NCBI GenBank assembly: GCA_046316615.1
Contig: JBKDAN010000049.1
Location: 38,927 to 102,926 of the forward strand
DNA from: Phycisphaerae bacterium
Lineage (GTDB): Bacteria; Planctomycetota; Phycisphaerae; Phycisphaerales; UBA1924
Length of the DNA stretch: 64,000 nt
Direction: 5' to 3'
This document shows, piece by piece, positions 26,300 through 33,840 of this stretch; positions within the stretch are counted from its first letter, which is position 1, and every line of letters begins with the position of its first letter. Under the pieces are notes generated by a model. That model was given only the letters and a program-made list of their open reading frames with translations, was not told the DNA's origin and did no database searches. Position numbers and translations under genes: made by a program.

Positions 26300-28606
26300 T
26301 TACGGGCACTGGCCGCCGGCGAGCACGTTGAAGAAGTCGATGACATCCTGGTCTTCGGGGTAGACGGTGTTGTTGTTGAAGTCGATGTCGTTGCAGGTGT
26401 TGCCGGGGCTGCAGGGGCCGCCGGCGAGGACGGTGAAGAAGTCGATGACGTCCTGGTCTTCGGGGAAGACGCCGTTGCCGTTGAAGTCGATGGGGTCACA
26501 TCGGCATGCGGGCGGCAGGCCCCAGATGCCAAAGTACCGCGATGCCTGACCGCCCGCGGTCAGGAACGCGCCTCCGACGGCGAGATCACCGTTGGGCAGT
26601 GTGGCGAGCGTGTAGACATCGCCGCCGGTGCCCGTGCCCAGTGATGTCCACGCCGAGCCGTTCCATTGCGTGAGCCCTGCGGGCATGAGGCCGCCGACAA
26701 CGACGTCGCCGGTGTTCAAGATGGCCGATGCTGTCACGAGGCTGCTGATGCCGGGCCCGTAGGCACTCCATGAGGAGCCGTTGAATCGCGCGATGTTGTA
26801 CACGGGAATGCCATCGGCGGTTGAGAAGAGGCCGCCAACCACCAAGTTGCTGAAAGGTGTGATGGCAAGCGTGTAGACGGGCCCGTCGGTGCCGGTGCCA
26901 AGGGGCGACCAGTTCGCGCCGTTCCAGCGTGCGATGTGATTCGCGCCCGCGCCGCCCGCGGTTGTGAAGTCGCCGCCAGCCACGATCTCACCATTCGCGA
27001 CCGCGGCAAGCGAGGTGACTGTCGCGTTCATGCCCGTGCCGACGCTGGACCATGTCGAACCGTTCCACCGCGCGATGCGGTTGGCCGCAACGCCGCCTGC
27101 GATGGTGAACGAACCGCCCGCGTAGATGTCAGGCGAGCCGATCTGCTTCGCGAGCGCGAAGACGGTTCCGTTGAGTCCGTCACCCAGCGTGCTCCATGTC
27201 GCGCCGTTCCAGCGAGCGATGCGATTGGTCGCGACGCCGCCTGCGGTGGTGAAGTTGCCTGCGGCGATGATGTCGCCGTTGGGCATGCTGAGCAAGGCGC
27301 TGGGCGCCGCGCCGAGGCCTGAGCCAAGCGCTGACCATGCAGAACCTGTCCAGCGTGCGATGTGATTGACCGCAACGCCGCCTGCGGTGGTGAAGTTGCC
27401 GCCGACCACGTAGTTGCTGTCGGGCAGTGCGACGATGGTGCTGACGGTGTTGTTCAATTCGGTGCTGAAGCTCGACCAGGCAGCGCCGTTCCAGCGTGCG
27501 ATGTGATTGGCAGTCACGAGTCCGGCGGTTGAGAAGAAGCCGCCCGCGACAAGATCGCGGTTGCTGTTGTTGAGCAGCGCGAGTGCGAAGATGGTGTTGT
27601 CGGTGCCTGTGCTGAGGGGCGTCCAGGTTGTGCCGTTCCAGCGAGCGATGCGGTTGGCGGGCGAACCACCTGCGGTTGTGAATCGTCCGGCAGCGATGAT
27701 GTCGCCGCTGACTGGGAGAACGACGATGGCGTTGACTGGCGCGGGTTCGCCTGTGCCCGTACCGAGTGCGACCCACGACGTGCCGTTCCATCGCGCGATG
27801 TGGTTCGCGAAGGTCGTGCCGGCGTTGGCGAAGTAGCCGCCAGCGATGATGTCCCCGTTGGGATGAAGCGCAAGTGTGGTGACTTCAGAATCCATGCCGA
27901 AGCCGATCGCCGTCCACGACGAGCCGTTCCAGCGAGCGATGCGGTTGACGAGTTCGCCGCCCGCGATTCGAAAGTAACCGCCTGCGATGACATCGTTGTT
28001 CGGTAATGCGAGCAGAGCGAGGACTGGTTGATCGGTGCCGGAACCAAGTGGCGACCATGTCGAGCCGTTCCATCGCGCGATGTGATTGGCGGCAGCACCA
28101 GCCTGTGTCGTAAACCAGCCGCCTGCGATGAGATCGCCGTTTGGCAGAAACGCGAGGCTGGTTACGCCATCGCCGAACTGGCTTGCGAGTCCACTGCCAA
28201 ACGCGGACCACGATGTGCCGTTCCAGCGAGCGATGTTCTTCGCGGGGATGCCGCCTGCAGAGTCGAAGAGACCGCCGACGATGACATCACCGTTGGGAGC
28301 GATCGTGATGGCGGTGACCTCACTGATCGCGCCAGCGACGCCTGATCCAAGCGGTGACCAGGTCGTGCCGTCCCAGCGAGCCACGCGGCTTGCCGGATTG
28401 CCGCCCGCCGAGGTGAAGTCTCCGCCCGCGATGAGCCCGCCGTCAGACGTTGGGGCGATGGCGAGGACACGGGCGTTGACACCGGGCTGGCTTGCGAGGG
28501 CGAGCCAATCCGGCTCGCACTGCGCAAACGCGGAGGGCGCTGCACAATGGAGGAGTAGGATGGTGAGAAGCCCAAGCACGCAACGATTCAAGATGGTGAG
28601 CATCAC
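26300..28606 (-). CDS. Secreted tandem-repeat protein (13 'IARWNGxxWSxLGxG' repeats, beta-propeller-like) with two C-terminal dockerin/EF-hand-like Cys modules
   Basis: Signal peptide 'LLGLLTILLLHCAAPSAFAQ'. I counted 13 repeats of about 47 aa in the translation, each '..GG.F..AGG..AN.IARWNG..WS.LG.G'. The C-terminus has two copies of 'DFN.N.V.PEDQDVIDFF.VLAGG.C'. Confidence 0.8.
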   Translation of the reverse strand: MMLTILNRCVLGLLTILLLHCAAPSAFAQCEPDWLALASQPGVNARVLAIAPTSDGGLIAGGDFTSAGGNPASRVARWDGTTWSPLGSGVAGAISEVTAITIAPNGDVIVGGLFDSAGGIPAKNIARWNGTSWSAFGSGLASQFGDGVTSLAFLPNGDLIAGGWFTTQAGAAANHIARWNGSTWSPLGSGTDQPVLALLALPNNDVIAGGYFRIAGGELVNRIARWNGSSWTAIGFGMDSEVTTLALHPNGDIIAGGYFANAGTTFANHIARWNGTSWVALGTGTGEPAPVNAIVVLPVSGDIIAAGRFTTAGGSPANRIARWNGTTWTPLSTGTDNTIFALALLNNSNRDLVAGGFFSTAGLVTANHIARWNGAAWSSFSTELNNTVSTIVALPDSNYVVGGNFTTAGGVAVNHIARWTGSAWSALGSGLGAAPSALLSMPNGDIIAAGNFTTAGGVATNRIARWNGATWSTLGDGLNGTVFALAKQIGSPDIYAGGSFTIAGGVAANRIARWNGSTWSSVGTGMNATVTSLAAVANGEIVAGGDFTTAGGAGANHIARWNGANWSPLGTGTDGPVYTLAITPFSNLVVGGLFSTADGIPVYNIARFNGSSWSAYGPGISSLVTASAILNTGDVVVGGLMPAGLTQWNGSAWTSLGTGTGGDVYTLATLPNGDLAVGGAFLTAGGQASRYFGIWGLPPACRCDPIDFNGNGVFPEDQDVIDFFTVLAGGPCSPGNTCNDIDFNNNTVYPEDQDVIDFFNVLAGGQCP

Positions 28607-28700
28607 GAACCTTTCCGGACCGTGAGTGCATGACGTTGTCAGGCACTCAGACCCAGTGAAGCAGCACGTAGACTGCAGAATCGGCCCACGTGATGATTCA

Positions 28701-28724
28701 CGGATAATGATATCCGTTGATCAA
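28701..28724. promoter_or_regulatory. Adjacent palindromes (CGGATA-ATGA-TATCCG and TTGATCAA) inside an A+T-rich block
   Basis: Read directly at 28701-28716 and 28717-28724. The block from about 28690 to 28790 is conspicuously A+T-rich for this window and lies about 100-180 nt upstream of the 26300-28606 gene start. Confidence 0.3.
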
Positions 28725-28973
28725 TTGTATAGTATGTCGTCGTGTAAAACTAATATCTATATCATTGCCCACTCGGATGGGTTACATCGCGACAGCGGCG
28801 ATGTCTGGCTTGGGTCTTCAAGCTCGATGCGTGTGGCCTTGCGGCGTAGAAGAGCCGCTTGCCGCGGATGGCAGAGCACGGGGTGTTGAAACGCCGTACC
28901 ACGCGACGGCACGTGCAAGGCCGTCCATCAATGCTGCACTTCGTGCCTCGTGCCTGTGCCCTCGACTTACGCC

Positions 28974-29648
28974 TTACCCGCCAAAGACTGCTTCCACGAT
29001 CTTGTCGGCGGCTGTCAGCGTGCGGCCTTGTTTCGCGGCGCGGGCGAGGGTTTTGCTCACGCTGTCTTCGGCTTCGCTGCGGGTTTGGCCCAGGGCGATC
29101 AGGGCGAGCACGGCGTCTTCGGCGGGGCCGGTGAAGGCGGTTTGCATGCGTTTGAGTTCGATGCGGGGGGTGGTTTCGCCGGTGCCGCCGCGGTCGCCTG
29201 TGCTTTCGCCGGGCGTGAGGAAGGCATCGACCTTGCCATCGAGTTCGGCGATCACGCGTTCGGCCATGCGCTTGCCGATTTCGGGCAGCGTGGAGAGCAG
29301 CTTCGCGTCCTTTTCGGCGATGGCGCGCGCGATCACGCCGGGCTTGTGGACGAGGGCGCGGAGGGCTTTGCGGTTGCCGATGCCGTTGACGGTGGTGAAG
29401 AGCTCGAAGAACTCGCGCTGTGATTCGTTCTCGAAACCGATGAGGCGCGGGATGAACGACGAGCCTTGGTTCTGGCCTTCAAAGTACTGCAGCGTGTGCA
29501 GCGTGATGGTCTGGCCGGATTTGGTCGCGAGTGCGAGGCCCACGAAGGCGGGCACGAGCACTTCGTAGGCGAAGGCTTCTCCGGCTGGCACGACGATGGC
29601 CCGCGTGCCAAGGACGGATTCGAGATGGCCGCGGATGCGGGTGATCAT
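28974..29648 (-). CDS. ruvA: Holliday junction branch migration complex subunit RuvA
   Basis: 'MITRIRGHL...', 'FIPRLIGFENESQREFFELFTTVNGIGNRKALRAL' and 'LSTLPEIGKRMAERVIAEL' (HhH motifs). Start at the internal Met 29648 of ORF 28974..29780. Confidence 0.9.
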   Translation of the reverse strand: MITRIRGHLESVLGTRAIVVPAGEAFAYEVLVPAFVGLALATKSGQTITLHTLQYFEGQNQGSSFIPRLIGFENESQREFFELFTTVNGIGNRKALRALVHKPGVIARAIAEKDAKLLSTLPEIGKRMAERVIAELDGKVDAFLTPGESTGDRGGTGETTPRIELKRMQTAFTGPAEDAVLALIALGQTRSEAEDSVSKTLARAAKQGRTLTAADKIVEAVFGG

Positions 29649-29662
29649 GGCGGGGAGGGTAC

Positions 29663-29683
29663 GGGGAGCGGGGAACGGAGAGC
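29663..29683. repeat. Degenerate heptamer repeat (GGRGARC)x3
   Basis: ggggagc ggggaac ggagagc, read directly just upstream of the ruvA start. Same family as 2454-2488 and 16539-16559. Confidence 0.55.
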
Positions 29684-29886
29684 GGGACAAGCCGCCCGCG
29701 CGCGAAATGACGGAGAGAAGCGAGCAGCGCGTGCGGCTGCTGATTGCGCGGGTTGGACTGTTGGGGAGTGCGCCGCGCACGCGGGCGATGTGGCGAGTGA
29801 GCTAACGCTGGACGAGATTCGGTATGCGCGGAAGCGGCGGCGATACGGGGGCGATTGCGGCGGTGTGAGGGGCTGGCGTGCCAGCG

Positions 29887-30678
29887 TTAGGGGCGGCGCT
29901 TTTTGGGGAAGGGCGACGGGGCCGCCTTGTCGAGAACGTACTCGAAAGACTTGCCGAGTGGCGATCCCGGCGCGGCGGCTGGTCCGATGAGTCCGCCGTC
30001 AATGATGAGCATGCATGGCCTAGCTTGGGTGTCGAGCAGCCAGAACGCGTCGTAGGCGCCATCTCCCAAGCCCGGGGTCCAACAGGCGAGCGTGCCGCCG
30101 GGTACCGGGGTAAGGATCGCACCGCCTTGCGATTTGCATTGATCGCTACACATTTCGATCATGGGATCGGATTTATCGTAGTCTTGGACGGTTTCGCTGA
30201 ATGCATCGATCTGACCAGCGTCCATGATGGCGACAACACCAAAGTCGGTCACGCACGTGGCGATCTTGCCGGGCGCGACGGAGGTGCGGCTGCGGACGAA
30301 CTTTGTCGGGCACGTGTCGACCGGCAACTGCGACGAGAATCGCACCACGCAGAAAGCGACGCGGAACTCAGTTTCGGTTTCGGCGTTGATCGACCAGACT
30401 TCAGCTTGGCCTGAGGGAACCTCCGTGTGCAGAGGCAGCCCAAACTGGGTTGATCCAAACTCCGTCGGCGAGCACATCACGACTCGGCCCGAGTGAAGCG
30501 GAAGCTGACCGATGTAGCGATGCTTCAGACGCATGACGACATCGGGGCGCATTGCCAGCCCTTTGGCTGTGAGGAAGCGTTTGGGTGACGGGGCAAGGCG
30601 AACCAATGAGCCATCATCGAGGCTCACGGAGAGCCCGTCGACGATGACGTCGGGAAGATCGAGTGGCCTTCTGTTCAT
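29887..30678 (-). CDS. DUF4241-like hypothetical protein
   Basis: The C-terminal 'CWTPGLGDGAYDAFWLLDTQARPCMLIIDGGLI' resembles the 'G.GDG.Y' block of DUF4241 proteins, recalled from memory. Start at the internal Met 30678, which avoids the overlap with nusG. Confidence 0.55.
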   Translation of the reverse strand: MNRRPLDLPDVIVDGLSVSLDDGSLVRLAPSPKRFLTAKGLAMRPDVVMRLKHRYIGQLPLHSGRVVMCSPTEFGSTQFGLPLHTEVPSGQAEVWSINAETETEFRVAFCVVRFSSQLPVDTCPTKFVRSRTSVAPGKIATCVTDFGVVAIMDAGQIDAFSETVQDYDKSDPMIEMCSDQCKSQGGAILTPVPGGTLACWTPGLGDGAYDAFWLLDTQARPCMLIIDGGLIGPAAAPGSPLGKSFEYVLDKAAPSPFPKKRRP

Positions 30679-30734
30679 GGCGCTCCGCGTGATGCAGGAT
30701 TGCCGGCCGCCCCAGAGGGGCGGCCCATCAGGTC

Positions 30735-31385
30735 TTACTGCTGATCGGGCTTGCCGACCGCCCACTCTTCGATATCGATGGGAGCCTGGCGGCCGAAGAT
30801 CGTGACCAGCACGCGGATGATGCCCTTGTCTGGGAACATCTCGTCGACGGTGCCTTCGTAGGTCGCGAACGCGCCTTCCTTGATGATGACGTGCTCGCCC
30901 TTGCTGAAGCTGAGCTTGATGACCGGCTCGTCTTCGGGCTTGCGGCTGTCGCGGAGCATCTTCTCGATCTCGTGCTCCTTCATGGCGGTGGGGCGGCCGG
31001 CGGTGCCGACGAAGTCGCCCACGCCCGTCGTTTCCTTGATCAGGAAGAAGACGTCTTGCGGGATGCGACCGTCGGGCTCGAGCTTCATTTCAACGAAGAC
31101 ATAGCCCGGGTAGAGCTTGCTCTCGGTGATCTTTTGCTTGCCGTTCTTGACGCTCTTGGTCTTTTCGGTGGGCACCAAAATGCGGCCTACCAGGTGCGTC
31201 ATGCCTTCGATCTGGACCTTGCGGAGCAGGGTGGCCTGCACGCTGCTTTCCTTGTTGCTCGCCACGCGGAGCACGAACCAGTTCATGCCCGGCTGCGTGA
31301 GTACGTCATCGGCGGCGATCTTGCCGGTAATGACGGATTCGCCCTTGACGGGTGCTTGATCTTCTTCGTAATGCTTCTCGCTCAT
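30735..31385 (-). CDS. nusG: Transcription termination/antitermination factor NusG
   Basis: NGN domain 'NWFVLRVASNKESSVQATLLRKV...VLVPTE' and KOW domain 'FSKGEHVIIKEGAFATYEGTVDEMFPDKGIIRVLVTIFGRQAPIDIE'. Downstream of secE. Confidence 0.93.
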   Translation of the reverse strand: MSEKHYEEDQAPVKGESVITGKIAADDVLTQPGMNWFVLRVASNKESSVQATLLRKVQIEGMTHLVGRILVPTEKTKSVKNGKQKITESKLYPGYVFVEMKLEPDGRIPQDVFFLIKETTGVGDFVGTAGRPTAMKEHEIEKMLRDSRKPEDEPVIKLSFSKGEHVIIKEGAFATYEGTVDEMFPDKGIIRVLVTIFGRQAPIDIEEWAVGKPDQQ

Positions 31386-31683
31386 GACGAACCTCACTTG
31401 GCGTGTTTATCGCCGAAAAACCAGCTCGGGCTGCGGCCCGCGTGCTGAAAGAACCCAGTTGAAAAACCAGTCGAAAAACCGCTCGCAAACCTTGTGATAA
31501 CCGGCGTTGAGCGTGTCTTTGCTCGCGAAAGCACGCGAACAACACACGCCCAGCGCCGGGAAACAACCAAACCAGAGACTACCGACCCCAAACACGAGAC
31601 TGAGAACAGACTTCTCAAGCAACGCCGCCAAACAGGCCGGCGGTTCCACGATGCTGCAAGCCCGCGTCAGTGCGAGCCTGGCA

Positions 31684-32463
31684 TTACCACGCCACGATCC
31701 AGTCCATCAGGGCCTTCTTCAGAATGGTGTCCCACACGAAGATGAACCCGGCGATGAGGAACGTGGCGCTGATGACCACCAGCGTGGAGTTGGTGATCGT
31801 CTTACGCGTGGACCAGTTGACCTTGCGCATCTCCTCGTCGGTGGCGATGAGGAAGTCAACGGACGAGGGCTTGCGGCCCACGTAGGTGTAGATCGCGATG
31901 AGGCCCACCAGCATCATGGCGCCGGCGACGCCGCCTTGCAGATAGGTGGGGCTGAAGACGGGAATTTTGGTCAGCGCGTTGTTTTCGCGCTGGATGTTGG
32001 CCTTGACTGCGCTGTCGCCCGTGCCGATGTCGACGCGCTTGGCGTCACGCATCACGCCGTCACCAGCTTGGAACTGGCCGACAGTGAGGGTCGCACGCTT
32101 GCCGTCGGGCGAGGGGTTGATGCTTTCCACCACACCCGAACCGACCGGGAAGTCTTTGCCGTCGAGCACATTGACGAAGCTGGCAGCCGTGCCCGGCGCG
32201 ATGGTCGCACCAGCGGGCAAGGCGATCTCGGCCTTGTAGGCCTTGGCAGGCAGGCTCACGGTTGCGAGGTTCTTCCACGCCCAGCCGGCGCCGGCGAGAA
32301 AGAGCATGGCCAAGGTGATGGCGGTGAGCACGCGCACCCAGTAGCCGCGACCCCACTTGTAAATGCCAAAGCCGCCCTCGTCGCTCGCATCGCGCGAAGC
32401 GGGCGTGGAGGGAGGCTGGCCGCCGCCCGAGGCATCACGAACTGTCAGAGTCTGCTCGGCCAT
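31684..32463 (-). CDS. secE: Preprotein translocase subunit SecE, long form with a large insertion
   Basis: The C-terminal 'EEMRKVNWSTRKTITNSTLVVISATFLIAGFIFVWDTIL' is the conserved SecE core. The position between tRNA-Trp/rpmG and nusG is canonical. Two additional upstream TM helices are separated by a loop of roughly 115-120 aa. Confidence 0.88.
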   Translation of the reverse strand: MAEQTLTVRDASGGGQPPSTPASRDASDEGGFGIYKWGRGYWVRVLTAITLAMLFLAGAGWAWKNLATVSLPAKAYKAEIALPAGATIAPGTAASFVNVLDGKDFPVGSGVVESINPSPDGKRATLTVGQFQAGDGVMRDAKRVDIGTGDSAVKANIQRENNALTKIPVFSPTYLQGGVAGAMMLVGLIAIYTYVGRKPSSVDFLIATDEEMRKVNWSTRKTITNSTLVVISATFLIAGFIFVWDTILKKALMDWIVAW

Positions 32464-32572
32464 ACTGGTTCAACCACATTCGCATCCGCGTGTTGAGACA
32501 CTGAGATGCCGCAAGGCGCCGGTTCGAGCACGAAAATCAGCGGAAACGCTGACCCCGCGAAGAACCGTCAAG

Positions 32573-32645
<73 letters not shown>

Positions 32646-32651
32646 AGGGAA

Positions 32652-32750
32652 AGGCATTGGGGACTAGGCATTGGGCAGTAGGGGAAAGACAGAAGGCGCG
32701 GGACCGCGAATGCCTTGGCCCCAATGCCCAATGCCTGATCCCCAATGCCT
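32652..32750. repeat. Long inverted repeat (26-nt arms, 2 mismatches, 47-nt spacer)
   Basis: The left arm is aggcattggggactaggcattgggca (32652-32677). The reverse complement of the right arm (32725-32750) is aggcattggggatcaggcattgggca. Each arm is itself an internal direct duplication of aggcattggg. Confidence 0.88.
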
Positions 32751-32755
32751 ATGGC

Positions 32756-32938
32756 TTACTTGCGCTTGACCTTGTGGATCGTGTGCTTGCGCAGGCGGGG
32801 GCTGTACTTGCTCAGGCCGTCCTTGAGACCTTCGGGCATGCCGCCCTTGGTGTTGACGGACGAGCGGTAGTTCAGGTCACCCGTTTCGCTGCACTGCAGC
32901 CACACGAATTCACGGGCCATCGACTTCTTCTTCGCCAT
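32756..32938 (-). CDS. rpmG: 50S ribosomal protein L33
   Basis: 'MAKKKSMAREFVWLQCSETGDLNYRSSVNTKG...KLRKHTIHKVKRK' is L33-like in length and pattern, in the canonical position upstream of tRNA-Trp/secE. Confidence 0.9.
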   Translation of the reverse strand: MAKKKSMAREFVWLQCSETGDLNYRSSVNTKGGMPEGLKDGLSKYSPRLRKHTIHKVKRK

Positions 32939-33163
32939 GACTCAACTCACTTTCAAACGGGCGTTCGCGTTTCCACCGTCGCGACCCAACCACCATCGGC
33001 ATCGCGACGCAAGACAGTTCATAGGTGACAAGCGGCCTTCGGGTTCTTCCCAAAGGCCGCGGGGAGAAATATAGGCGCTGGGAGGAGGAGGGGCAAAGCG
33101 CGGGCCTTCCAAGGGTCGTGCGATTTGTTTGGATTTCGATAGTGCTCGCGAGGTGAACAGAGG

Positions 33164-33787
33164 TCAGCCCGGCTCGGTCCGGTCTTCTTCACCTATCTGG
33201 GCGAGCAGATCGGCGATGTCCCGGCCATCGACGATGCCATCGCCGTTGACGTCCGCCGTGGAGTTGCCTTGCTCGATGGCGGTGATGAGTTCGCGCAGGT
33301 CTTCGGTATTGACCGCGCCGTTGCGGTCGATGTCGGCAGGTTTCAACGCGAATTGGAGCGTGATGGTGGAGCGCGTTGAGTCGAAACTCATCTCGACCAC
33401 GAACTGGGACTCAGGCCGCGGCTGCACAGCCCGCGCGGACGATTGCACATCGAGCTTTACGACGCCCGGCCGGGCTTTCGAGACCGAAGCGGTACGCTCA
33501 ACCAGAGCTTCGGCAAACTCGGTAGGGGCGCGCGTCCATGCAGGTGAAACTGGCGCTGCCGTCAACGTTGGCGGCCGCACCGGCTGCGTGAGTGCAGGCA
33601 AGGGCGACTGGCCGGACACAACTGCTGACGGCACGGCGCCGGGCGCAGGCGCGACGGATGCGGAACTGTCATACCCGGGCTCGCGAGCAGCGTCGACATC
33701 GGCGTGTCGCGTACTCGTCGCACGGGCGGCAAGCCAGCCGGCACATCCGGCAGCAAGCACGAGCATGACGAACACGCGACGCGTCAT
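33164..33787 (-). CDS. Secreted protein with a C-terminal dockerin/EF-hand-like pair
   Basis: Signal peptide 'MTRRVFVMLVLAAGCAGWLAA'. C-terminal 'DIDRNGAVNTEDLRELITAI' and 'DVNGDGIVDGRDIADLLAQIG' (Dx[DN]xDG calcium-binding loops). Confidence 0.65.
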   Translation of the reverse strand: MTRRVFVMLVLAAGCAGWLAARATSTRHADVDAAREPGYDSSASVAPAPGAVPSAVVSGQSPLPALTQPVRPPTLTAAPVSPAWTRAPTEFAEALVERTASVSKARPGVVKLDVQSSARAVQPRPESQFVVEMSFDSTRSTITLQFALKPADIDRNGAVNTEDLRELITAIEQGNSTADVNGDGIVDGRDIADLLAQIGEEDRTEPG

Positions 33788-33840
33788 GATCGCTTGTTCG
33801 GCGGTAAGCGAAGGACGGTTACAGGCAGTTTCACGTTGAC

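Noticed and set aside
23295-26300. Possible integrative element (integrase, att sites, tRNA target) for the low-G+C islet
   Set aside because: No integrase or transposase ORF is present. The only tRNA in the window is 6 kb away, and the only direct repeat found (GGTTCATCGG) lies inside the islet rather than flanking it.
26300-28606. Regular periodicity of about 141 nt that could be mistaken for a CRISPR-like or satellite array
   Set aside because: The repeats are in frame within a single long ORF that has a signal peptide and a conserved amino-acid repeat. There is no repeat/unique-spacer alternation and no cas genes.
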